64,000 nucleotides of DNA from a virus: positions 33,184 to 97,183 of IMG/VR virus record IMGVR_UViG_3300020045_014031, one strand, 5' to 3'. Positions 31,201 through 41,100 of this stretch are shown piece by piece. A program made the translations under genes and the position numbers. Numbering within the stretch: position 1 is the first letter of the stretch; each line of letters begins with the position of its first letter. The notes under the pieces were generated by a model. The model was not told where the DNA came from and did no database searches. It saw nothing but the letters and a program-made list of their open reading frames with translations.

Positions 31201-33698
31201 TGTTGTTTTAAATCTTGTATTCTTTGAGAATGATTATTAATAAATTTATTTCTACCTTTACTTGAAGTAACATCTTTAATTTTATTCTTAATACTTTCAG
31301 TACCTTTTGTAAATTCTTTTAAAGATTCACTAAAAGAAATTATGTTTTTAAAATCAGGATATTTATCTGACCATTTATTAATATAATCTTTAATATCTTT
31401 ACTTCCCGATTTTTCAAAAGAGGGTGAAATTTTAATATAGTTTTCTACTTCTTCTTCTTTTTGTTTTATTAATTCATTATTCTTTTCTACTTTAATGTAT
31501 AAATTATCTAATATATCTTTATCAGAATATACTTTTTTATCTAAGGTATCTACAAAATCTTTTAATATATTAATATCAGGATTTTTACTATACTCTTTTA
31601 AAGCATTTGTAATACTATCTGTTTCTTTTATTAATGAAGTTAAAGAAGTATTTAAAATCATATTTTCAATATTACCATAATCATCAATTGATGAAAATAA
31701 TTGAAAATTAGCTTTTTCAGATAATAAATCATTTTCTAAATCTTGCTGTATATTCTGTCTTCCAATTACATCAGACTGTAATTTTGTTATATACTCAGCA
31801 AAGTTTACATTTACTTCTTCTGGTAAAACATACTTTTCTTTATTTTTTTTGTGTAACTCATCAATTTGCTTTATTTGATTAATTGCTTTAGTAGCTCTTA
31901 ATTTATAATCATTATCGTTTTTATCTTTAGCTAATCCTAATTGCACAGCAGGTGTAACACCTGTTAAATCAGCAACTTTTTGTTGTGTTTCTTTAAGTAC
32001 TTTATCAAGTTCTGTTATTTGATTTTTCTGTTCATCAGATAACTCACCTTTTTCATCTACATTTGATTTAATACTATTAATTTGATTTTGTAACTGTTCT
32101 GCTTGTTTTGCAGGTTCTTCACTTAAATCAGTAGAATTATCTTGTTGTAGTATTTTTTGATAAGAAGAAATTAAATTTTCTCCCATACCTTTATATATAG
32201 AATCAAGATTGTTAATAGAATATAATTTTCTATAAAGTTCTTTTTTTTCAACAGGATTATCTGTACTTGCTATTTTATTTTGTATATCATCAATATAAGA
32301 TAAATCAGAAAATAAACTATCTTTTAATGTGTTATAGTATTGTTGGTTATCGTAAATGTCTCTTGCTCTTGGTGAAACTCTTTGTGTTTCATAAACAGGA
32401 TTTCCTTTTTTATCTAACAATACATTACCTTCACTATCTTTTTTAACAATTAAACTACCATCATCTGATAGTTTATTTATCTTCTGAGAAGGTATTACAT
32501 TATCTAATAACATCGTTTGAGACATACCTCCAATAGCACCTAAAGCAAAATTTAAAACACCTTCATCATTTACAACAGAGTTTAAATTATCATAAGCTGA
32601 TTGAAATTGTTCTAAATAAGATAAATCTTTACTTTCTACACCTTCTTTTCTACCTGTATTTTCAGCAAGTTGAGTAACTACTTCTTCAATACCTTCTTGT
32701 GACATCTCAGAAAGTAATTTACCATAATTTTGTTTTGTAATTTCATTAAGATATTGAGGTGATTGTTTGATTATTCTTTCTTTATATTTCTGAAAAGGTT
32801 CATAAACTAATTCTCCTAAACTATTTTTTTCAACTAATCTTTTACCTGCTCCTTTTAAAAAATACTTTTCTGCTTCATTAGCTGTTCTATTAAATACAGA
32901 ACCTATACCAGTTAAATTTAAAGCTGAACCTATTGTAGTGTTTAACTGTACAGTAGTACTTGCTCCTTCACTTGCATATTTTTTAGCTAATTTATCAGCT
33001 TCATCAATTGATAATCCTTTTTTAGTTAGTTTATCAAATTGATTTTTATAAATATCTCTATATACAGTAGCACCTGACATAGCTCCTTCTAAATAAGAAA
33101 GTTCTACTGCTGTCATTGCTTGTAGTGAACCTTTAATAACTTTATTAGCTGTATTACCTAATTTTAATAAGCTACCTAATTTACTTACTGCCCCACTTGC
33201 TAATAAACCTCCTGATTCAGCAATTAAACCAAATTGAATAGCACTTTCAACTAATGATTGACCAGAATTTAACCAAAAAGCACTGTCGGTTAAATCAATT
33301 ATTTTATCTGATTTTCTTTTTACTTCACCAAAAGGGTTTCTTACACTATCTGCCCAATCAGTTATAGCATTAGAATAATCACCTTTACTATCTTCAAATA
33401 AAGTTCCTAAATATCCAATACCCCCAACAGTACCTGTTACAATATTAGATATTGTATTACCTGATGTAATTGCTAATTGTTTACCGAAAGATTGACTATT
33501 AGCTTCTTCTTCTTGTGAAACTTTATAAGGGTCTTGTGAACCTACTTTAATACCTTGTTCTAAAGTGTTTCTATATTCATTAGATGAAAATGGAGTTTCA
33601 CCATAAGGTTGTTTTAGTTTATCTAAAACATTAACAGAAGACTTTGGTTTTGGTTTACCATTGTCTTCTGTTGAATTTAATGCTTCAAGTACGTTCAT
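28218..33698 (-). CDS. giant virion cargo (ejection) protein
   Basis: 1826 aa; Gly/Ala-rich membrane-like N-terminal part with EGIEEVVTQ motif, long coiled coils, directly upstream of the vRNAP. Confidence 0.75.
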   Translation of the reverse strand: MNVLEALNSTEDNGKPKPKSSVNVLDKLKQPYGETPFSSNEYRNTLEQGIKVGSQDPYKVSQEEEANSQSFGKQLAITSGNTISNIVTGTVGGIGYLGTLFEDSKGDYSNAITDWADSVRNPFGEVKRKSDKIIDLTDSAFWLNSGQSLVESAIQFGLIAESGGLLASGAVSKLGSLLKLGNTANKVIKGSLQAMTAVELSYLEGAMSGATVYRDIYKNQFDKLTKKGLSIDEADKLAKKYASEGASTTVQLNTTIGSALNLTGIGSVFNRTANEAEKYFLKGAGKRLVEKNSLGELVYEPFQKYKERIIKQSPQYLNEITKQNYGKLLSEMSQEGIEEVVTQLAENTGRKEGVESKDLSYLEQFQSAYDNLNSVVNDEGVLNFALGAIGGMSQTMLLDNVIPSQKINKLSDDGSLIVKKDSEGNVLLDKKGNPVYETQRVSPRARDIYDNQQYYNTLKDSLFSDLSYIDDIQNKIASTDNPVEKKELYRKLYSINNLDSIYKGMGENLISSYQKILQQDNSTDLSEEPAKQAEQLQNQINSIKSNVDEKGELSDEQKNQITELDKVLKETQQKVADLTGVTPAVQLGLAKDKNDNDYKLRATKAINQIKQIDELHKKNKEKYVLPEEVNVNFAEYITKLQSDVIGRQNIQQDLENDLLSEKANFQLFSSIDDYGNIENMILNTSLTSLIKETDSITNALKEYSKNPDINILKDFVDTLDKKVYSDKDILDNLYIKVEKNNELIKQKEEEVENYIKISPSFEKSGSKDIKDYINKWSDKYPDFKNIISFSESLKEFTKGTESIKNKIKDVTSSKGRNKFINNHSQRIQDLKQQLEAQHNIYSYDEARKANEDSYFIDKLQKINKEQEEQIVNEIKRIEEEVKQLEEINVQTNKKDSFYNSLVNYFNNLSDITTLIKLRKNRINELQDYLKKVNEEKQQAKEEIVKEKETPLEKQEVVDKTKKEVEKIEVPDDLEPKVLRTFGQEESEIPQGEGKESDNDFNNKLLEEIRKINKEEKEAEESKESEKPVVVSEQTKNNNSLEDKKADIEKRRQEELDSEITGNETVDEFNKKPVVIKINAKYDDLLKELIEQPIVKKPVKKQTLRKKEIITKGEQKKKVISKKIQELENKIKSTFGSKENKNDRILTFVFNFIKSSLDSGDYNLEYLSSTLLDYIHKNIKELSGEEKYKLQLRLFSFSDEVLDLMFDSKKIKKELRKSFTEFKNKIEESYAITLAKQNQEEVKDKVEELVISKTINEEPSFIEETQEQTTEEIIDNFNNEVKEEEMYEEPFTLDMFRFQYGQIRDDNSLTADALETAKLKKGTSLELRIDKNYQVGINDELPIAIFLEGSDKKIGYLPTIEFINTTYIKDSKNNIKDYNTEGKNQKILNELFDVLNQISYLKLDKESIVTQEGVIISINYRNYNEQKIKKIRELFSTNSNVVIKTNLKRKSGGRAITQKTRQSLEGIIDNNDSRVKVHSLVNGTLYPSIESEINGTINKKLLAVLSYPDINGLTKVYPLTIKTLSKDKINTLKELFTLYYKGTVEGDKISLDKLNKISNDLVLNYDILTNFNKFIQQYFTTVNYINDIKTRRENKLPSLIYMSDANGKKGVNLFALKPANSNSSYNLDKQGFKKFIDNLETELLNKLFTLDNDFLNNGQTKGFKYPVLENNEIVIKGGNNLTYYDYIKNDLETNFDVNKDNFIINNKGQKELVYTKDFVVNFDYNYKVIEQTNEPSKNIGEKSNEEDEDVLDSVFSINDDYKNNSSFLESFKNSVEKYKNFVYEFININVILNDELSENSKNKYLEEASKVQSMEDANKLFNKICTE
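28484..28503 (-). repeat. dispersed motif copy
   Basis: TGAGCCTTCTAAAAATATAG on the minus strand; reads NEPSKNI. Confidence 0.95.
29652..29671 (+). repeat. dispersed motif copy
   Basis: TGAGCCTTCTAAAAATATAG; perfect 20-bp inverted repeat of 28484-28503; reads IFLEGS. Confidence 0.95.
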
Positions 33699-35473
33699 TT
33701 TTTATATAAATTTGATAATTTACCTAACAAATCTTCATAGCTAACTGCTACATCATTTCCATTAGGTGTTTTTATTGTATATTCTCCTTTTAAACCTTCA
33801 CTTGGTAAATTCTTTTTAACTAATATTTCTGGAAAACCTTCTACTTTAATCTTTTTATAGTTACCAAACATATTATCTAATCCTTGTGAAGCTATATATG
33901 CTTTAGCTATCCAAGATTCAATTTTTCCTGATTTAACTAAATTGTTTACAACTTCTATTTGATTAGGAACTTTAATTCTAAAATTAAAATCAGATTTACT
34001 TGAATCTTCTGAATTTTGTTCTTTAGATGAACCACTACTTCTTCCTTTATAGTAAACACCATCGGTAGTTAAGTTAATACCTCCAAACTCAACATTTTTC
34101 ATTTTAGTAAGTTGTTCTTTACTTAAAGGTTTTCCTGTACTTGCATCTTCTGGGTGATATTGAGCTTTCATTTTATCATCTGATAAAACATTTGCAGATG
34201 ATAAGTTACCTAATGATTGTTGTAAATTTCTATCTAATGACTTATAATCAGATTCTTTGTCAAAACCAAATGTTTTAAATAATTGTGTACTTGACATAGC
34301 ATCTTGTTGTACAGCTAAGTTAGCTTTTTCAATTAAAGATTTTTTACCATCGTTTAAGATACGCAATGTTTTTCCTACACCCATATTTAATACTTCATAA
34401 TCCTTACCGTATTTTAAACCAAATTGTTTATCAATTCTATCTCTATATTGAACAATATTTTTAGCTCTTTCAGTATCACCTTTTTGTTCTGCTTCATTTG
34501 CTAATGAATTTATATGACCTATATTATCAGCTTCAAAAGATTTTTTATTGTATGGAGTAGGAAGTAGTAAGTCACCTACAACAGCATTTTCTTTTTCAAT
34601 TTGTTTTCTTTCTTTCTGTCCTTTTAATAAAGATTTAGTAACATCTTCATAGTCAATAGAATTATTATTGTATTGACTTATTGATAAACCATTAACAATA
34701 GAAGAAACAAATTCTTTATGTTTTTGTTCAGCGTATTCTTTACCTCCTAATTCAGCTTGCATTTTAAGCCAATTTTGATAAGGTAAATCCATTATTCTAT
34801 TTTCAATTTTCTTTTGTATTTCTGGTGTAACTTGTTTTCTTTTATAGTTATTCTCTAAAGTAGCTCCTTCAAAAGGATAAGGTTTTCTTTCGTTTGTTTC
34901 TGGATTAATATATTCCTTACCTTCTTGTACAGGAATTAAATTATCTAATTCTCCCATTATAGCATGAGCATCAGGGTCTTTTACAATACTAACAGGAATA
35001 AATTTGTTTTTTACAGCTCCTGTAATAGGGTCATATTGTAATCCTCCTGATTTTTGTCTTGCATAATTAAGATACATTTGTTGTTCTTGTTCTGACTTAC
35101 CTGATTTAGCTAATTCTTCTTTAAACTTTTGTTTTCTTGCTGTATTTTCAGCAAATTGTGAATACATAGATTTAAACTTACGAGCTTGATTAATTAACTT
35201 AGTATCTAAATTACCTACATAATCTTGTTCACTTAATTTAGATAAATCATTTCTTAAATTACCTGTTGCTGAATTAAATAAATTTCTATCTTCATCATCT
35301 AAATTAGCTGATGCCATATCTAAAGCATCTTCTAATTCTCCTTTTGAATTTAATACTTTATCTTGTTTTCCTTGATAATGACTATATAATTGACCTAATT
35401 CTTGAGTTGGTAATCCTGCATAAGTACTTATATGTTTGCTTGTTACAGGTACTATTTTATTTATGAAATCCAT
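33695..35473 (-). CDS. virion cargo protein
   Basis: 592 aa, N-terminal HISTYAGLPTQEL motif, helical and Cys-free; position matches the crAss cargo cluster. Confidence 0.65.
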   Translation of the reverse strand: MDFINKIVPVTSKHISTYAGLPTQELGQLYSHYQGKQDKVLNSKGELEDALDMASANLDDEDRNLFNSATGNLRNDLSKLSEQDYVGNLDTKLINQARKFKSMYSQFAENTARKQKFKEELAKSGKSEQEQQMYLNYARQKSGGLQYDPITGAVKNKFIPVSIVKDPDAHAIMGELDNLIPVQEGKEYINPETNERKPYPFEGATLENNYKRKQVTPEIQKKIENRIMDLPYQNWLKMQAELGGKEYAEQKHKEFVSSIVNGLSISQYNNNSIDYEDVTKSLLKGQKERKQIEKENAVVGDLLLPTPYNKKSFEADNIGHINSLANEAEQKGDTERAKNIVQYRDRIDKQFGLKYGKDYEVLNMGVGKTLRILNDGKKSLIEKANLAVQQDAMSSTQLFKTFGFDKESDYKSLDRNLQQSLGNLSSANVLSDDKMKAQYHPEDASTGKPLSKEQLTKMKNVEFGGINLTTDGVYYKGRSSGSSKEQNSEDSSKSDFNFRIKVPNQIEVVNNLVKSGKIESWIAKAYIASQGLDNMFGNYKKIKVEGFPEILVKKNLPSEGLKGEYTIKTPNGNDVAVSYEDLLGKLSNLYKK

Positions 35474-35495
35474 ATTATTACTTTTTCTTTTAAAT

Positions 35496-35528
35496 AAAAA
35501 TTGAGTGATTAAATATAACCACTCAATT
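35496..35528 (-). terminator. intrinsic terminator
   Basis: AATTGAGTG...CACTCAATT stem with a T tract on the minus strand, downstream of the 861 aa gene. Confidence 0.65.
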
Positions 35529-35541
35529 AATATAAACCAAT

Positions 35542-38127
35542 TTATTTCATTTTTAATTTACCACCGTTCTTTTTAGGTAGATAACCTTGTAAGTATTTTT
35601 TACCTTCGTCTAATATACCGTTTAAACCAGTAGTTTCATTTACTCTTTTTCTAACTCCTTCATCAGCAATTGAACTATTAATGTATAGTTTAGCTAAATC
35701 TAATTTTCTTTGATTACCTTCTCTTTTATCTAATAACATTTTTTCATTTATATTACCAAGATAAGATTGATTAGCATTTTGAATTGCTACATTTCTATCA
35801 GCTACATTTTGATTATATTGATTTAATAATCCTTTATTTTGTTGATTTATTTCAGCATTTGTTAAAGCTTCTCTATTTGAAATATCTACATTAGCTAAAT
35901 TTTCTCTTTGTGAAATATCATTATTCATTTGGTATTTTTTAGCTAATAAATTACCTCTTATTCCTGCTGAAATATTAGGTGAAAGATTTTCTGTACCTAT
36001 TAAAGCATTTTTAAAATCTGAATTAGCTTGTGTTCTATCACCTGATAAACTTAATCTATTTAATCTTACTTCACTGTTTAGTTCTGGAGAAGGTACATTA
36101 GGATATTTTCTTAATAAACCTACAACATCTGAACCATAGTTATTAATAGTATCATTTAGTTTACCTAAGTCGAACCCTTTATTTTTAGAAGGCTCAGTTA
36201 ATCCTTTTGTAACTACTGTTTTATCTTTATTAATGTCAGGTTGTACATCAGTTAATAATAAAGGTTTTTTACCTTGTTGTGTAAATCTATCACCTCCTGC
36301 TTTAGTATTTGTAGGTAAATAATTACTATCTGTTTGTACGTTTTGAACAGGATTAATATTTGTTTTTACAGGTGTTAATAAAGATTTATTATTTTCTTTC
36401 TTAGTTATTTCAGATAGAGGTTTTGATAGGTTAGGAGTTTTATTTTTATTATTAAATAAGTAATTTGTATTACCAAACTTATTATCTAAACCTTTAAAAT
36501 AATTAAATGAAGGATTTGAACTAAAATTATTATTTTGTTTTGGTTTTTCAATTTCATTAAATACTTGACCTGTTATTTCATTTCGAGTTTTGAAATCATT
36601 ACTTATTTTATTATCAGTATTTAAGCCAAGAATATTTCTTTCTTTTTTTGGTTCTATATTTTTTATTTCTTTTCTTAAATTTTCCATTTGTTGATACAAA
36701 GAAGTTCTTTTATTTGTATTAACATATCTGTCAGGAAGTAAATCTCTTTCTTTTTTTAATTCTTGTATTTTTTTTAATTTAGAATCAATATCACCTCCAC
36801 TTTGCATTTTTAAATAACCTCCTAAAGTAAATTTCTTTGTACCATACAATCTATTATACATATTCATATCTTCTGATTTAATTTGTCTTTTAGTTAATTC
36901 ACTTAATTCATTATCGTTTAAGTCTTTTACTTTTTTACCTCTTAACTCAGGATATATATTAACTCCATAACCTGAATTACTCCATCTTTTTAATGCTGAA
37001 TCAACATCCAAATCTCTATAACCTTTACTTTTAAATAATTCTTTTCCTGCTTCTAATCCTGCTTCTACTGTTGGAAACTTTGCAAATACACCTCCGTCAG
37101 TAGCTTTATCTCCTTTTATAGCTCCAAATCTTTCAGCAAATGAGCCAAATTTAATGTTTCTTGGGTTATTATTTCTAACAGCAATAGAATCAGATTTTAC
37201 ATTAGTTTTGTTAGAGCCTTCTAAAATAATAGGTGATTTTAAAGATTGTAATTTTGTTTCTATTACATTAGCAGAAGGTAAAGAATCATAATCTATTTTA
37301 TTATCTAATAATTCATCAGCACTAAATAAAGAACCTCCTCTTGCATATTCATCACTATTATTATCTAAACCTAATTGTTCTTTTATTTCTTCTTGTTCTT
37401 TCTTTAATCTTTCAATCTTATTATCACTTAATGTTAAAGAGTTAATTAAACCTTTATCATTAGGTCTATCTTTTAACAAACTTTCTAATTTTTGTTTTTC
37501 TTTAATTATTTTTAAATGTTTATCTGCAAAACCTAATTCTTTAGAAAATACAAAATCTTTATTTAATGTTTCATTATTTTCAAGTTCAACACCTTGTTCT
37601 GGAAATTTAACCCCTCCTTCATCATGTGTTTTACCTTTTACTATTGAATCTTCTTTTGTTAATTGATGTAATTGACCTCCTTTAGAACTACCTAATGAGT
37701 GTTTATTTAATTCACCTCCATTTTCATAGTATCCATTATTTACTCCTCCATTAAATAACTCAGGATTAGCTAAACTTCTATTTCTTGTATTGTTTAATGC
37801 TAAAGTATCTTGTTTACTTCTAAAATCATTTAACATTGATTGTTCTTCTTTTCTGTCTTTTCCTGCTTTTATTAAACCATACAAACCTCCTGTAACTAAA
37901 CCTCCTACCATTGCATAAGGATTACCTGTTGAAGCTCCCATACTTAAACCACTTAAAGCAGAACTTGCTACTGTTGAACCAGTATTTTTATTTCCAAATT
38001 GATTACCTGCATCTAAAGCAGAAATAGTTCCTGATACTGTATTAGCAGTACCAGAAACTAAACTTTGATTATTTTTATCTTGTAAAAAAGTATCTAAACC
38101 CCATTTACCTTTTTTATACTTTATCAT
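35542..38127 (-). CDS. virion cargo protein with Gly-zipper TM region and lysozyme-like domain
   Basis: GLSMGASTGNPYAMVGGLVTGGLYG; GKTHDEGGV..VELENNET..FVFS motif; RNNNPRNI..FAKFPTVEAG muralytic-like module. Confidence 0.7.
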   Translation of the reverse strand: MIKYKKGKWGLDTFLQDKNNQSLVSGTANTVSGTISALDAGNQFGNKNTGSTVASSALSGLSMGASTGNPYAMVGGLVTGGLYGLIKAGKDRKEEQSMLNDFRSKQDTLALNNTRNRSLANPELFNGGVNNGYYENGGELNKHSLGSSKGGQLHQLTKEDSIVKGKTHDEGGVKFPEQGVELENNETLNKDFVFSKELGFADKHLKIIKEKQKLESLLKDRPNDKGLINSLTLSDNKIERLKKEQEEIKEQLGLDNNSDEYARGGSLFSADELLDNKIDYDSLPSANVIETKLQSLKSPIILEGSNKTNVKSDSIAVRNNNPRNIKFGSFAERFGAIKGDKATDGGVFAKFPTVEAGLEAGKELFKSKGYRDLDVDSALKRWSNSGYGVNIYPELRGKKVKDLNDNELSELTKRQIKSEDMNMYNRLYGTKKFTLGGYLKMQSGGDIDSKLKKIQELKKERDLLPDRYVNTNKRTSLYQQMENLRKEIKNIEPKKERNILGLNTDNKISNDFKTRNEITGQVFNEIEKPKQNNNFSSNPSFNYFKGLDNKFGNTNYLFNNKNKTPNLSKPLSEITKKENNKSLLTPVKTNINPVQNVQTDSNYLPTNTKAGGDRFTQQGKKPLLLTDVQPDINKDKTVVTKGLTEPSKNKGFDLGKLNDTINNYGSDVVGLLRKYPNVPSPELNSEVRLNRLSLSGDRTQANSDFKNALIGTENLSPNISAGIRGNLLAKKYQMNNDISQRENLANVDISNREALTNAEINQQNKGLLNQYNQNVADRNVAIQNANQSYLGNINEKMLLDKREGNQRKLDLAKLYINSSIADEGVRKRVNETTGLNGILDEGKKYLQGYLPKKNGGKLKMK
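36181..36195 (-). repeat. dispersed motif copy
   Basis: GAGCCTTCTAAAAAT on the minus strand; reads EPSKN. Confidence 0.9.
37214..37232 (+). repeat. dispersed motif copy
   Basis: GAGCCTTCTAAAATAATAG; reads IILEGS. Confidence 0.93.
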
Positions 38128-41100
38128 AATGTATCTATGTATGTTATACCTACTTCATTTAAACAAAACATTGAATCAATATTGTTGTCATACTCAAATC
38201 TAACAATAAAAAAATTAGATTCTAAATAATCTTTATGATACCAATTATCAATTAAAGAAATATCTTTAAGTCTATAATCTTTAAAAATATCTTCTATAAA
38301 ACTAACAGAATCTCTTGTAATTTTATTTCTTATTTCATTAAAACTAAATTGATTTCTTTTTTTACTGTAATTTTTATCCCACCAAGTACTGTTTCTTAAA
38401 TCAATTTTTGATGTATGTTGATGTGAATTTCTAACTGAAATATGAGTTATAGTATTAAATTCATCTATATATTCATTTTCTGCTAAATAATTTACAACAT
38501 TTTCACTAACCCAATTTATAGTTTCTAATGTTACATCGTCTTCTGTTCTAAAAACTATATCAATTATAAAAGGATTAATTTCTTCTGTATAATAAATTCC
38601 TGCTTTACCTCCAGAATTTTTATATATTTTATTATCTTTTATACTAAACAAATCATTTTTAGTATGGAAATAAAAATCAGGAATGTAATTATGAAAAAAT
38701 GTCCAATTATCTTTTTCAATTGAGTAAGATAATGTATAACTATTATCTCCGTTTTTAACAGTTAATAAAAATCTTTTATTCTTTCTGTCATAACCATAAG
38801 CTATACCTTTATTTTTAAAAGGATTATTATCATTTATATAAAGAAAAGAATTAAAAAAGTTATACATACTATTTGTTAAACTTTTTAACCCGTTTTTATA
38901 TATAAAAGGTTTTCCGTCTTCAATAAAATGATAACCTAATGGAGAAACTATTAAACCTATATCTTGTTTTGTACCTCCATAACCTAAGTTAGTTTCTAAA
39001 GCTTGTATAGGATTAAACTCAAATATATCACCTGCTCCTAATACTACATTTAATATATCAGTACTTAATCTTGCTTTCTCTCTTGTTACAAACAATGCGT
39101 TTTTATGATGTATTAATAACTTATCATCTAATGATTCTAAATTTATAATTTCACCGTAATTTTTAGGTTGTTCATAATAATCTAAAGGTGCAAAATTACG
39201 CCAATTTCTTTTAGATTTTTCTCTTTGGTTAGGAGAAGTTCTTGTAATTCTAAAAGGATGTATATATTGAGGTTCTGAGAAAGGGTTAAATGAAACTATA
39301 TTCTCCTCTAATAAAAGGTTAAGCTCTTTGTCATAACCAAAAGAATTAGGTTCAAGGCTTTTGTCTAATGACCGAATCCATTTTCCGCTTGATTTTGGAT
39401 AGAAATTAGTATAAATATCTCCTATTTTTTCATACCTTAAATTTACATTACTGGCTGTTTCACAAAGAAATCTATGTACAAATCTATTACTTCCTTCTGC
39501 ACTACTTACTGTATCATAAATATCTCTCTTACCGTAAGTTACAAAAGAATAATCAGATACAAACATATCACCACCATAAATAGGTTGAGAAGTACTTCCT
39601 GTTATTGCAATACCTGTATTTACTAACTCTTGATTATAAAAATTAACAAATACATTTGATACTATCCTTATTAAATTACTTAAATAAGTTATTTCATAAG
39701 CAGGAAAATAAATTTCATTCTCTGTACCTGTTATTGTTTGTCGAGATACATCCTCTTCTATTAATTTAGTTCCGTTATCTCCAGATAAAATACCTGTATA
39801 ACAACTTTCTAATAACCTATTATCAATATCACCAAAATAACTGTTATTTGGTGCAAATTTAAAATTTGTTATCTTTCTTGCTAAATTATTATTTACAGGA
39901 ATTGAAATATTAATATTGCTTTTTGTAATGTTTGTATAATCAATTATTTGATAAATACTTCTTTCTTTATAAAAAACAGTATTAAAATCTCCTTTGTCAT
40001 TTTGTAAACCTTCTGTATTATTAAAAATATCAGTTACATTATTGATAGGTAGTACAACACTTTGTGTATTTAATGTTTTTTTATATTTTAATTGATTTAT
40101 TATTATATCAGGTTTAATTGATAACTTATTAAATAACATATCAAATGAATGAAATCTTAATACAGTATCTTCTGTAAAGTTAGATTTTTCATCTTCTAAG
40201 TCAGTTCCATAAGCTTTATAATTAAAATTACCACCAGTTGATGTTACATTAAATGGTTCACCAGTTTGTGTCTTTTGCTTTGAGCCTACTAACAATAATG
40301 ACTGTCCTAAATTTGTAATATTTATTTGTGTTCTTTTAGCATACACTAATTCATAACTTACAATATAGTTAGCTATTTCAGTAGGTATTACAAAATTATC
40401 TACTATTACAGATAGTACATCTAAATCTTTACTACCATAATTTAGTGTTGTATTAGTATAAAACTCTTGATAACATAATTGATGTGAAGGAGTTTTAAAA
40501 TGTCTTATTTTTTGACCTTCTAATTCTTCAAACGGATTACCAAAACTTTCTATGTTTTCACTTGGGTAAAATTCATTCTCATTTTCCCAATAACCAAACT
40601 CACCACTATTATTACCATAGTCTATTGTATTAACATCAATAGTATCTTCTAATTGATATTTTTTAGCTGTTACACCTACTCTTGAACCTACTATTGATGT
40701 ACTAATATCATCAGGAATTGATTCTCTATTTGCTATTAAATAAGCTCCTGTTTTTCTACCGTTAGCTAAGTTACCTATTATATAAAAAGCATATACTTCT
40801 TGATGAGCAAATCCTTTGTATTTACCACTTAAATAATTATCATTTGAAGTAAAACTTGTACTTGAAGAACCTTCTTGTTGTACTATATTACTTACTAAAG
40901 TACTTTTCCATTTTAATTTTGCTTTTAAAGCTTCTTTTTGCATATAATAATTAATCTTGTTCATATTAAACTCTTCAAGATTAGCTAAAAATAATTCATC
41001 ATTTAACTGTGTTATAGATTTAACATTAGTATAGTAAGGAGTTATTGCAAAAATAATATCTAATGATGTTTCACTTTCATAACTACCATTGTAATTTACA

